The notes under the pieces are model-generated. The model worked only from the letters and a program-made list of their open reading frames with translations, was not told where the DNA came from and made no database searches. DNA of 42,630 nt. It comes from Bifidobacterium breve. Its GTDB lineage: Bacteria; Actinomycetota; Thermoleophilia; Gaiellales; F1-60-MAGs149. Positions 1 to 8,005 of the stretch are shown in pieces (positions within the stretch are counted from its first letter, which is position 1; each line of letters begins with the position of its first letter). The position numbers were made by a program, and so were the translations under genes. The stretch spans positions 1 through 42,630 of the forward strand of contig CAMDVX010000002.1 in assembly GCA_945877865.1 (NCBI GenBank), written 5' to 3'.

Positions 1-592
1 GCTAGTGGGCACCATCGAGCTCGGGAGCACGCTGACCGCGACCACCGGTACGTGGACGTTTCTCCCTACGCTGCTGCAGCACAGCTGGCAGCGTTGCACG
101 ACGGCGGGAGCGACAGACTGCACGACCGTGGCCGGGCAGACGCGTGCCACGTACGTCCTCACCAGCGCGGATCAAGCCACCTACCTCCGTGCGCTCGTCA
201 CCGCGTCAAACCTCAATGGGGCCGGCACGGCGACCGCAACAGCAACGACCTCGCAGGTGCCAACGAGCCTGTTCACCATTACCAAGCCGAAGGTGCGGTA
301 CCTCGCACGGTCGGTCGTGCTGACCTCCGTCATCACCGTTAGCTGGGGCGGTCAGATCGTTCAGCGGGCCTCATCATACGCTGGCTCGCGCATGACCCGA
401 CGCTGCCGCGTGGCGCGGCTCTCGCCCGCAGCGGACGCCTATGCCCTGCGCTGCCGCCTGCTTGGTCCAGCGCGTAACCTGCTGCGAGCGCGAGCGCTGA
501 GGCTCACGATCGCGACGTCGTTCACGGCCACCGGGGGGCCAACGGTCACGACGACGCAGCCCCTGACTATCCCCAAGCGACGCAGGCCGTAG
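1..592 (+). CDS. C-terminal part of a secreted/cell-surface protein with Ig-like repeat modules (5' end outside window)
   Basis: The frame is open to the window edge. Repeat signature G-x-W ... W-Q-R-C ... C-T-x-V-x-G-Q-T-x-A-T-Y-V-L-T-x-A-D-x-x-x-Y-L-R-A-L-V-T-A-S-N, of the kind reiterated in Conexibacter/Solirubrobacter surface proteins (recognised from memory). Ends 8 nt from a convergent gene. Confidence 0.5.
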   Translation, partial: LVGTIELGSTLTATTGTWTFLPTLLQHSWQRCTTAGATDCTTVAGQTRATYVLTSADQATYLRALVTASNLNGAGTATATATTSQVPTSLFTITKPKVRYLARSVVLTSVITVSWGGQIVQRASSYAGSRMTRRCRVARLSPAADAYALRCRLLGPARNLLRARALRLTIATSFTATGGPTVTTTQPLTIPKRRRP

Positions 593-600
593 GCGGCTCC

Positions 601-1347
601 TCAGCGAGCGAGGAAGGCCTCGATCGCGGCCCGGGTCGCTGGATGTGCGAACGTCGCGTGCTCGGCAACGAGCTCGGCCGCCACGGCAGCGTCGTACGTC
701 GCCTCTGCCGAGCCATCGAGGAGCCTGCGGGTATGGGCCACGCCGCTGCCCGGATGGTCCGCGATGTGGGTAGCTAGCGCGAGCGCCCGGGACCGTAGCT
801 GGTCGGCGAGGACCGACTCCTCGGCCAGCCCGATCATCACCGCCTCGGTGCCGGAGACCGTCGGGCCAGCGAGGAGCAGCCAGCGAGCCCGACCACCTCC
901 GACGAGCCGGGGCAGGATCCACGTCAGTCCGCTCGTCGGGCTGAGGCCGAGATCGAGGTCGCCGACCCGTAGCCGAGCGTCGTCGGCAACGATCCTCAGG
1001 TCGCAGAGGCACATCAGCTCGAAGCCGCCGGCGATCGCGTGTCCGTGGACCGCCGCGATCAGCGGCTTGCCTAGTCCGCGGATCGCCTCGCCGAGCAGGC
1101 GATAGCGCTCGAGGTAGACGGCGAACCTCGGGGCGTCGAACTGGCGAAGCTCGTTGAGATCGGCGCCGGCGCAGAACGACGGGCCGGCGCCGGCGAGAAC
1201 GACGCAGCGGCAAGAGCCGTCGGCGGCCAGCTCGCGCAGGGCCGCCAGCAGCGCATCGAGCAGCTCGCTCGAGAGGGCGTTGTGGACCTCGGGTCGGTCG
1301 AGCTCGAGCAGGACAACCGGGCCGTGCTGCTCGCGGTTGAGCATCAT
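601..1347 (-). CDS. enoyl-CoA hydratase/isomerase (crotonase family)
   Basis: 248 aa. N-terminus VVLLELDRPEVHNALS and oxyanion-hole region VVLAGAGPSFCAGADL are typical crotonase motifs. Its start shares 1 nt (TGATG) with the stop of the upstream ligase gene. Confidence 0.85.
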   Translation of the reverse strand: MMLNREQHGPVVLLELDRPEVHNALSSELLDALLAALRELAADGSCRCVVLAGAGPSFCAGADLNELRQFDAPRFAVYLERYRLLGEAIRGLGKPLIAAVHGHAIAGGFELMCLCDLRIVADDARLRVGDLDLGLSPTSGLTWILPRLVGGGRARWLLLAGPTVSGTEAVMIGLAEESVLADQLRSRALALATHIADHPGSGVAHTRRLLDGSAEATYDAAVAAELVAEHATFAHPATRAAIEAFLAR

Positions 1348-2672
1348 CAGGGTGCATCTCCAAGGTAGGCACGAAAGAGGCGCTGCGACTTACGCTCTGC
1401 ACGAGGAAGCGACTCTGCTGGCACGAGCTCGACGGCGGGGGAGAAGTTGAGACGCAGACGGATGGCCTCCGCGACGCGCTCTGCCAGCTCGCTGCTCGGC
1501 TCGGCGGCTGTCTCGACCACGACGCGAGGCTCGTAGTCGATCGGTGGAGCCGCGTCGAGGACGATGATGAACTCCCCCGTCACGAGCGGACGCAGCCCGT
1601 ACAGGACATCCTGCACGCCGAGCGGGAAGACGTTGACGCCGCGGACGATGAACATGTCGTCACCGCGCCCGATCATCGAGAAGCGCAGCCCCGTGCGCCC
1701 GCACGGGCAGGGCGCAGCATGGAGCTGGACGAGGTCGTGGGAGCGGTAGCGCACGAGATAGCTGGCCTCGCGGCCGAGGTTGGTGAAGACCAGCTCGCCG
1801 GTGGCGCCGTCCTCGCAGGGCACGACCGCGCCAGCGGTCGGATCGATCAGCTCGGTGACGAAGTGCCCTTGCGTGATCAGATGCAGGCCCGTGCGATGCT
1901 GACACTCGGCGGCCATCACGCCCGTCTCCGACAGGCCGTAGACGTCCTGCGCAGAGCAGCCCCACGTCTCCTCGATCAGATCGCGGAAGCCCGGGACCTG
2001 CAGACCGCCCTCGCCGGAGAAGATGCCTTTCGCGAGGCGCAGAGCGCGGGGCTCCAGGCCATGCTCGCGGGCGACCTGCGCCAGCCGCAGCGCATAGGCG
2101 GGCGTGGAGTAGAGGAGCCACGGAGTCGCCATCGCCTGCACCAGCTCGAGCAGCCGCAGCGAGTTGCCCGTGCCATAGGGCAGCACGCAGAGTCCGGCGT
2201 GCTCGAACCCCATGTGGTCGGTCACGCCGCCAACGTACATTGAGTAGTTCATGCACTCCAAGACGAGGTCGCCGGGGACGCCGCCGGCGCACCTGATCGC
2301 GCGGGCGGCGACATCGTCAAGCCAGGCCAGATCGGCACGCGTGAAGCCCATCCGCATCGGCACGCCCGTGGTGCCGCCGGTGCACTGGATGCGGGTGATG
2401 CGATCGAGCGATTGCCCCTGCGTGCCACCCAGCGGCGGAGCGGCATCCTGCGAGCGACGAAGCTCGTCCTTCTCGGTGAAGGGCAGGCGAGCAAGGTCCG
2501 CGACGGTCCGAATGTCGTGCACGTCAACGCCGGCTGCCGCCCAGAGCGCGCGGTAGAACGGGCTCGTCGCCTCGACGTAGGCGAGCTGCTCTGGCAGCCG
2601 AGCGCTGATCACCTCTCGCTCCTGCGACGGGTCGGCCAGCTCGACCGCCGGGCTCCAGACTCGCTCGTCCAC
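1347..2672 (-). CDS. phenylacetate-CoA ligase-like adenylate-forming enzyme (PaaK / coenzyme F390 synthetase family)
   Basis: 441 aa. It has the PaaK-like architecture: FYR..W...G, LPFTEKDELR, a P-loop-like TGGTTGVPM, YGLSETG, and a C-terminal GRGDDMFIVRGVNVFP motif. Confidence 0.8.
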   Translation of the reverse strand: MDERVWSPAVELADPSQEREVISARLPEQLAYVEATSPFYRALWAAAGVDVHDIRTVADLARLPFTEKDELRRSQDAAPPLGGTQGQSLDRITRIQCTGGTTGVPMRMGFTRADLAWLDDVAARAIRCAGGVPGDLVLECMNYSMYVGGVTDHMGFEHAGLCVLPYGTGNSLRLLELVQAMATPWLLYSTPAYALRLAQVAREHGLEPRALRLAKGIFSGEGGLQVPGFRDLIEETWGCSAQDVYGLSETGVMAAECQHRTGLHLITQGHFVTELIDPTAGAVVPCEDGATGELVFTNLGREASYLVRYRSHDLVQLHAAPCPCGRTGLRFSMIGRGDDMFIVRGVNVFPLGVQDVLYGLRPLVTGEFIIVLDAAPPIDYEPRVVVETAAEPSSELAERVAEAIRLRLNFSPAVELVPAESLPRAERKSQRLFRAYLGDAP

Positions 2673-2720
2673 ACGACCTCCCGGCGCTGAACCGTATCAG
2701 CGGATCAGCGCAGCGTCACG

Positions 2721-2769
2721 GCTGAGCGCGTGCGTGCAGCATCGGCGCTGCTGCACGCACGCGCTCAGC
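2721..2769 (-). terminator. perfect 20-bp stem / 9-nt loop hairpin between the secreted-protein gene and the ligase gene
   Basis: GCTGAGCGCGTGCGTGCAGC (2721-2740), loop ATCGGCGCT, then GCTGCACGCACGCGCTCAGC (2750-2769), which is the exact reverse complement. It starts 8 nt after the stop of the 2777-3334 gene. There is no U-tract, so a terminator role is inferred only. Confidence 0.5.
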
Positions 2770-2776
2770 GAACCCA

Positions 2777-3334
2777 CTAGGCCGCGAGCCGCCAGAGCTG
2801 ACGCGTTCGCGTTGAGCCCGATGCTGCGCAGGTCTGCCACGTCAGCGTTCGCTTGAGGTGAACAGGGCTGCCGCCGCCGCCCTCAGTCGTTGTCGAGCCG
2901 ACCGTGAGGCAGAGCCCGGGCTGGCTCTTCGGGTGCACTTGCCTGGCAGCGAGCCGGATCGTGCCGGTGCTCGTTGCGCTGCACGTCTGCAGCGTGACGC
3001 TGCCGCCGGCGCGGGCGCCGGCGCTGGCCATGCAGACCCCGAAGTACGGAATGCGCACCCGGCCCTGCGAGACGACGCCGCTGGTCGTGATGCCCTGATC
3101 GACGCTGATTGGACCCTCGGCGCTGTAGCACGAGTGCGCCTGGAGCGGGCTCGTCGTCTTGGCCTCCGTCTTCGAGCCCATCATGTCGACGCAGTAGCCA
3201 CGCGGCTCGTCGAGGTTGCTGATGAGGCGCAGCTCGGACAGGGTCGCCGCCCGCGCAGGGGTGACGCCCGCCGCCATGATGGCGAGGGCAGCAGCCGCAA
3301 CGGCGGCAAGGCGAAGAGGTGTCTGGATGGTCAT
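2777..3334 (-). CDS. small secreted protein, possibly ricin-type beta-trefoil (lectin-like) fold
   Basis: 185 aa. Signal peptide LRLAAVAAAALAIMAAGVTPARA-AT. The mature part has regularly spaced Cys (YCVDM, HSCYS, GVCM, LQTCS, LCLTV, WQTC) and a terminal Q-L-W like the QxW motif of ricin B repeats. An SD-like AAAGGA lies upstream of the ATG. Confidence 0.55.
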   Translation of the reverse strand: MTIQTPLRLAAVAAAALAIMAAGVTPARAATLSELRLISNLDEPRGYCVDMMGSKTEAKTTSPLQAHSCYSAEGPISVDQGITTSGVVSQGRVRIPYFGVCMASAGARAGGSVTLQTCSATSTGTIRLAARQVHPKSQPGLCLTVGSTTTEGGGGSPVHLKRTLTWQTCAASGSTRTRQLWRLAA

Positions 3335-3468
3335 GCTGTGGTCCTTTCGTGGCGGTTGAGCCGAGTGTTCTTTCGCATTCGGCTCTACTATGGCTGCTCT
3401 TCCTGAGAGTGGCCTGAAGGCAGCAATCAGGGCGAATCTCGCTGGACCACTGGCGGTGCGCAGCCCCG

Positions 3469-4701
3469 TCAGGATGCAACGGTGGCAGGGGCGCCGCCGA
3501 TGGCGCCGGACTCCGCGAGCGCGGCGATCTCCGCGCTCGAGTACCCCAGCTCGCTGAGGACCTCGTCGGTACAGGCCCCTCGTCGCAGCCCGGCATGGCG
3601 CACGGCGCCCGGCGTCTTGGAGAGGCGCGGCGTGACGGCCGATTGGACGAGGTAGCCTGCGCCGTCGGGATTCGCGACCGAGGCGATTGAGCCGCGAGCC
3701 TGAACGTGCTCATCCTCGAGCAGCAGGGCCGCGTCGTAGACCGGGCCGGCCGCTGCTCCAGCGGCAGCCATGACGCCGACCGCATCGCGCCACTCCCGCT
3801 GCGACGTCCACGCGGTGATCGCCTGATCGAGCGCCTCAACGTGCTTGATGCGTGACGCGCCGGTCAAGAAGCGCGGGTCGTCGGCCAGCGTGTCGCCTCC
3901 AACCACCTGGAGGATCCGGCGAGCGACCGAGTCTGCGGAGCCGGACATGCAGATCCAGCCGTCCTTGCACGGGTAGACGTTGCGCGGAGCCGAGAACCAG
4001 AGCCGTGAGCCAATCCGCTGGTCGGAGACGCCAGTGCGCTGCGTGATCGTCGTGCCGGGGCCGACGATATCCAGCATCGATTCGAGCAGCGTGGCGTCGA
4101 TTACCTGGCCCTCGCCCGTCTGATCGCGATGCCGCAGAGCAGCGAGGACGCTGAAGGCCGCCAGCGCGCCGGTCACCTCGTCGGCCAGTGCAATCGGAGG
4201 GAGGGTCGGTGGGCCGTCGGGCTGTCCCGTGGTGAAGGCGAGCGTGCTCATCGCCTCGGCGATCGTGCCGAAGCCCGCCCGATCCGAGTACGGACCATCC
4301 TGTCCGAAGCCCGTCACGCGGAGCACCACGAGGCCGGGGTTCTCGTCCAGCAACACCGTCTCCGGATCCAGCCCGAGGCGCTCCAGGGTGCCAGGGCGAA
4401 AGTTCTCAATCAGCACGTCGGCGCTGCGCACCAGCCGCAGCAGGACCTCGCGTCCGCGCGGGTGCTTGAGGTCGAGCTCCATCGGGCGCTTGTTGCGACC
4501 GATCAGCCGCCAGTAGAAGCCGTCCGAGCCGTCGCTCTCCCCGAGGGTGCGTGCGCCGTCGCCCACCCCAGGGCGCTCGATCTTGATGACGTCCGCGCCG
4601 AAGTCTGCCAGCCGCCGCGCCGCGCTCGGTCCCGCAAACACCGTCGCGAGGTCGAGCACGCGAATGCCGGTGAGCGGACCCTCGTGCGCGAGGCCCGCCA
4701 C
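3469..4701 (-). CDS. family III CoA-transferase (CaiB/BaiF family)
   Basis: 410 aa. N-terminus PLTGIRVLDLATVFAGPSAARRLADFGADVIKIERP is the hallmark of class III CoA-transferases. It starts 1 nt after the aminotransferase stop. Confidence 0.85.
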   Translation of the reverse strand: MAGLAHEGPLTGIRVLDLATVFAGPSAARRLADFGADVIKIERPGVGDGARTLGESDGSDGFYWRLIGRNKRPMELDLKHPRGREVLLRLVRSADVLIENFRPGTLERLGLDPETVLLDENPGLVVLRVTGFGQDGPYSDRAGFGTIAEAMSTLAFTTGQPDGPPTLPPIALADEVTGALAAFSVLAALRHRDQTGEGQVIDATLLESMLDIVGPGTTITQRTGVSDQRIGSRLWFSAPRNVYPCKDGWICMSGSADSVARRILQVVGGDTLADDPRFLTGASRIKHVEALDQAITAWTSQREWRDAVGVMAAAGAAAGPVYDAALLLEDEHVQARGSIASVANPDGAGYLVQSAVTPRLSKTPGAVRHAGLRRGACTDEVLSELGYSSAEIAALAESGAIGGAPATVAS

Positions 4702-4702
4702 G

Positions 4703-5851
4703 TCAGCGAGCCAGAACCTGGTCGAAGGCCGCCAGCACGCGATCTGCAGTCGGTCGATTGGCGTTCACGCCCATCATGCCGATGCGCCAGATTGGAGGAG
4801 CGGTCGGGCCAAGCCCGCCACCGACCTCGATGTTGTGTGCGCCGAGCAGCTCGGCCTGGACGGCCTTGCCGTCGACGTGCTCGGGAACGCAGACTGCGGT
4901 CAGCTGAGCCAGCTGGCAACCGGCGTCCGCCAGCAGCTCGAAGCCCCGCTCCTGGAAGCCTGCCTGCAGGTAGGCGCCAGCGTCGGCGTGCCGCGCGTAG
5001 CGGGCGTTGAGGCCTTCGGCGAGGCTGAGACGCAGCGCCTCCCCGAGCGCGTAGTACTGCAGGTTCGGTGTGGTGTGGTGATACGTCATTGGCCGGTCCA
5101 GCCAGAACCTCAGGTGCTCAGCAAGGTCGAGCGAGTAGGGCACCGACATACCATCGCGACCAAGCCGGTCGATCGCGCGCGTCGAGAGGGTGATTGGGGA
5201 CAGACCGGGAGGCGCCGCGAGGCACTTCTGGCTGCAGGCGTAGGCGTAGTCAATGCCCCACTCGTCGGCTTCGATCGGCATGCCGCCGATCGCCGTGACG
5301 CAGTCGGCATAGAGCAGCGCATCGTGTCCCGACGCACGCAGCGCGGCACCGAGGTCCGCGACGGGGTAGGCCACGCCGGTCGACGTCTCGGCGTAGACCA
5401 CGCAAACCATCACGGCCTCCGGATGCGCGGCCAGCGCGTCCATGACCTGCTCAACAGGAACGTGCTGGCCGAATGGCACGGTCAGCTCGACGGTGTTTGC
5501 CCCGCGCCGACGCAGCATCTCGATGATGCGGTGACCAAAGAACCCCCCGCTGCAGGCGATAACTGTGTCGCCTGGAGCGACGAGGTTGACGATCCCGGCC
5601 TCCATGCCGCTCGTGCCACTAGCCGAGAGGCAGAGCGAGGCCCCGTCAGAGCGTCCGTAGACCGTGCCAATCATGTCTGCCATCACGAGGAGCTCGTCCC
5701 AGAAGACTGGGTCGAGGTGTCCGATCAGTGGCTTCGACATGGCGGCAACAACGCGGGCGTCGACGTTAGACGGGCCAGGACCGGTCAGCAGGCGGAGCGG
5801 CGGCTGAAACGCGGCTGGGGTGGTCGAAGCGGCGGGAACGGTGGTACTCAA
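4703..5851 (-). CDS. class V aminotransferase (serine-glyoxylate / alanine-glyoxylate aminotransferase-like)
   Basis: LLTGPGPSNV N-terminal motif and SQK PLP-lysine motif (ACSQKCLAAPPGLSP). The track ORF begins at a GTG at 5881. I prefer the TTG at 5851, which is preceded by AGGAG with 8-nt spacing. Confidence 0.85.
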   Translation of the reverse strand: MSTTVPAASTTPAAFQPPLRLLTGPGPSNVDARVVAAMSKPLIGHLDPVFWDELLVMADMIGTVYGRSDGASLCLSASGTSGMEAGIVNLVAPGDTVIACSGGFFGHRIIEMLRRRGANTVELTVPFGQHVPVEQVMDALAAHPEAVMVCVVYAETSTGVAYPVADLGAALRASGHDALLYADCVTAIGGMPIEADEWGIDYAYACSQKCLAAPPGLSPITLSTRAIDRLGRDGMSVPYSLDLAEHLRFWLDRPMTYHHTTPNLQYYALGEALRLSLAEGLNARYARHADAGAYLQAGFQERGFELLADAGCQLAQLTAVCVPEHVDGKAVQAELLGAHNIEVGGGLGPTAPPIWRIGMMGVNANRPTADRVLAAFDQVLAR

Positions 5852-6101
5852 GCGAGAATCTCCTGCTCTGGTTGAACGCACTCTACGTGCAGCGCTCCAT
5901 GACGACCAACACGAATTCGCCGCTGATTGATCGGAGAATACCGATTAGACGCGCAGGCTCAGGTGCTCGAAGCATCGACCGTCGTCACGCACACGGACGC
6001 TGATCTCTGGCGTCGTCGTGGTGCTGCGGCGTGCGGAAGCAGCTGGCTGCTGACCGTGACCCTCACCGACCAGCGGTTCGAAAGGCGGTCCACCACCCGC
6101 G

Positions 6102-7070
6102 TCAGGCTCCCGTCAGCCGGTCTGCGCGGGTGACCACGTTCTCGGCCATGCGAATCGACGCGGCGTCGATGAGGCGACCATCGAGCGAGACGGCGCCTCG
6201 GCCGACGCGGGCGGCGTCCTCCATCGCGGCCATGATGCGTCGAGCCCGATCGATCTCGGCGGGCTGTGGCGAGAACACGCTGTTGGCGAGCTCGACCTGC
6301 GAGGGGTGGATCGCCCACTTGCCCTCGCAGCCGAGCGCGGCCGCCCGGCGCGCGGCCATCAGGTAGCCCTCAGGATCGTTGAAATCGCCGAACGGTCCGT
6401 CGATTGGGCGCAGGCCGGTCGCGCGACACGCCACGATCATCCGCGAGAGCGCGAAGTGCCACGGGTCGCCCCAATGCAGCTCGCGCGAGCCATCTGCGGC
6501 TGCGTCGGTGAGGACCGCATACTCCGGCGTGACGCCGCCAATCACGACGGTTCGGGCGCGCGTCGAGGCCGCGTAGTCGGCGACGCCAAACGACAGCGCC
6601 TCCAGCCGCTCGGGGCAGGTCTCCGCGATCCGCTCGACGTTTGCCATGCCCGGCGCGGTCTCGATGAGCGCCGTCAGGGCGATCGTGTCGTAGCCGTACG
6701 CCTGCTCAATCTGGCTGAGCAGCATGGCGACGAACTCGATATCCGACGGCCTGCCAACCTTCGGGATGAGGAGCATGTCAAGCCGATTGCCGACGGCCTC
6801 GACGATGTCGACGATGTCACGGTACGCCCAGTGCGTGTCGAGCCCGTTGATACGGACCGAGACTGCGCAGCTGGACCAGTCATCAGACGTCAGGGATGCG
6901 ATGGCGTTCTTGCGAGCCTGCACCTTGTCGTCGGGGGCGACGGCATCCTCAAGGTCGAGGAAGACGATGTCGGCGCCAGCATGGGGTGCCTTGGCAAGCA
7001 TCTTCAGGTTCGAAGCGGGGACGGCGAGCTCAGAGCGGTGGAGGCGATCACGGTTCGGCATGCCACGCAC
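6102..7070 (-). CDS. HpcH/HpaI-CitE family acyl-CoA lyase, L-malyl-CoA/beta-methylmalyl-CoA lyase-like
   Basis: About 320 aa. RSELAVPASN...ADIVFLDLEDAVAPDDK motif and a length typical of malyl-CoA lyases rather than short CitE. The start may be the ATG at 7061 (MPNRD...), which lies 7 nt downstream of a TACCGT -10-like hexamer and so may be leaderless. Confidence 0.85.
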   Translation of the reverse strand: MRGMPNRDRLHRSELAVPASNLKMLAKAPHAGADIVFLDLEDAVAPDDKVQARKNAIASLTSDDWSSCAVSVRINGLDTHWAYRDIVDIVEAVGNRLDMLLIPKVGRPSDIEFVAMLLSQIEQAYGYDTIALTALIETAPGMANVERIAETCPERLEALSFGVADYAASTRARTVVIGGVTPEYAVLTDAAADGSRELHWGDPWHFALSRMIVACRATGLRPIDGPFGDFNDPEGYLMAARRAAALGCEGKWAIHPSQVELANSVFSPQPAEIDRARRIMAAMEDAARVGRGAVSLDGRLIDAASIRMAENVVTRADRLTGA

Positions 7071-7132
7071 GGTACGACAAGAACAGTTGGACTTCCAGCG
7101 GGTACTCGTGTCTAATTGATAGGACAGTGGCT

Positions 7133-8005
7133 ATGACACTCTCTCAGCTACGAACCTTCCTTGCCGTCGCCGACGATGGGTCCGTCCGTGCAGCCGCCGT
7201 CCGCCTCCGCGTCTCACAGCCCTCGGTCTCAGGCAGCATCGCCGCACTCAGCGAGGAGGTTGGCGTTGCTCTGACCGAGCGTGACGGTCGTGGAGTCAGG
7301 CTCAGCGCCGGTGGGCGAGCCTTCCTGCCCCACGCCCGCGAGGCGCTTGGCCTGCTTGAGCAAGGTGCGCGGCTCGCCCAGAGCGCCGCCAGCGAGGGAT
7401 ACGCGACGGTCCGCATTGCGGCCGTCTACACCGCGGCGGAGCACCTGCTTCCGCCTCTGCTGCGCGCCTTTCGTGAGGAGCATCCTGGCATCCCAATTGA
7501 GCTTGAGATCGGCAACCGCGAGCATGTGCTGGACCTGCTCGGAGCACGCGCCGCGGACATTGGCATCGGCGGCCGGACTCCAGACGGCGGCCAGTTCGAC
7601 GGCCTGCGTATCGCGGTCAATGAGCACGCTGTGGTCGCAGCTCCCGATCATCCGCTGGCCGGGCGCGAACGAGTGCCAATCGCGGAGCTCGCAGGGGAGA
7701 CCTGGCTGGTGCGCGAAGAGGCCTCGGGCACACGACGGCTCGTTGACGAGTACCTCGCCGCCGCCCGGATCTCGCCTCCGCTGACGACGATTGGGTCGAA
7801 CAGCGCGGTCGCCGCCTCCGCGATGGTTGGCCTCGGCATCGGCGTCGTGCCTGCCGTGGCCGTTCAGCACCAGCTCGTCGCAGGTACGCTTGCGCGCCTC
7901 GCCGTTGATCCCGAGCCGCCCTCCCGCGATTGGTTCGCGCTGCTGCCCACCCGCAGGCCGCATCCAGCCGCCCGCACGCTGGCCGCGTTTCTCAGTCGGT
8001 CCTGA
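7133..8005 (+). CDS. LysR-family transcriptional regulator
   Basis: MTLSQLRTFLAVADDGSVRAAAVRLRVSQPSVSGSIAALSEE is a canonical LTTR wHTH N-terminus. It is divergent from the lyase gene (62-71 nt apart). The track ORF from 6896 is an artefactual extension running through the lyase gene. Confidence 0.9.
   Translation: MTLSQLRTFLAVADDGSVRAAAVRLRVSQPSVSGSIAALSEEVGVALTERDGRGVRLSAGGRAFLPHAREALGLLEQGARLAQSAASEGYATVRIAAVYTAAEHLLPPLLRAFREEHPGIPIELEIGNREHVLDLLGARAADIGIGGRTPDGGQFDGLRIAVNEHAVVAAPDHPLAGRERVPIAELAGETWLVREEASGTRRLVDEYLAAARISPPLTTIGSNSAVAASAMVGLGIGVVPAVAVQHQLVAGTLARLAVDPEPPSRDWFALLPTRRPHPAARTLAAFLSRS

Noticed and set aside
5852-6101. Possible glycine or other riboswitch in the 220-250 nt gap upstream of the glyoxylate-type aminotransferase.
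   Set aside because: Reading the minus-sense sequence, I found no tandem GGAGAG...CACCG-type glycine aptamer core or any other riboswitch signature I recognise. I found only short hairpins and the candidate operator reported separately.
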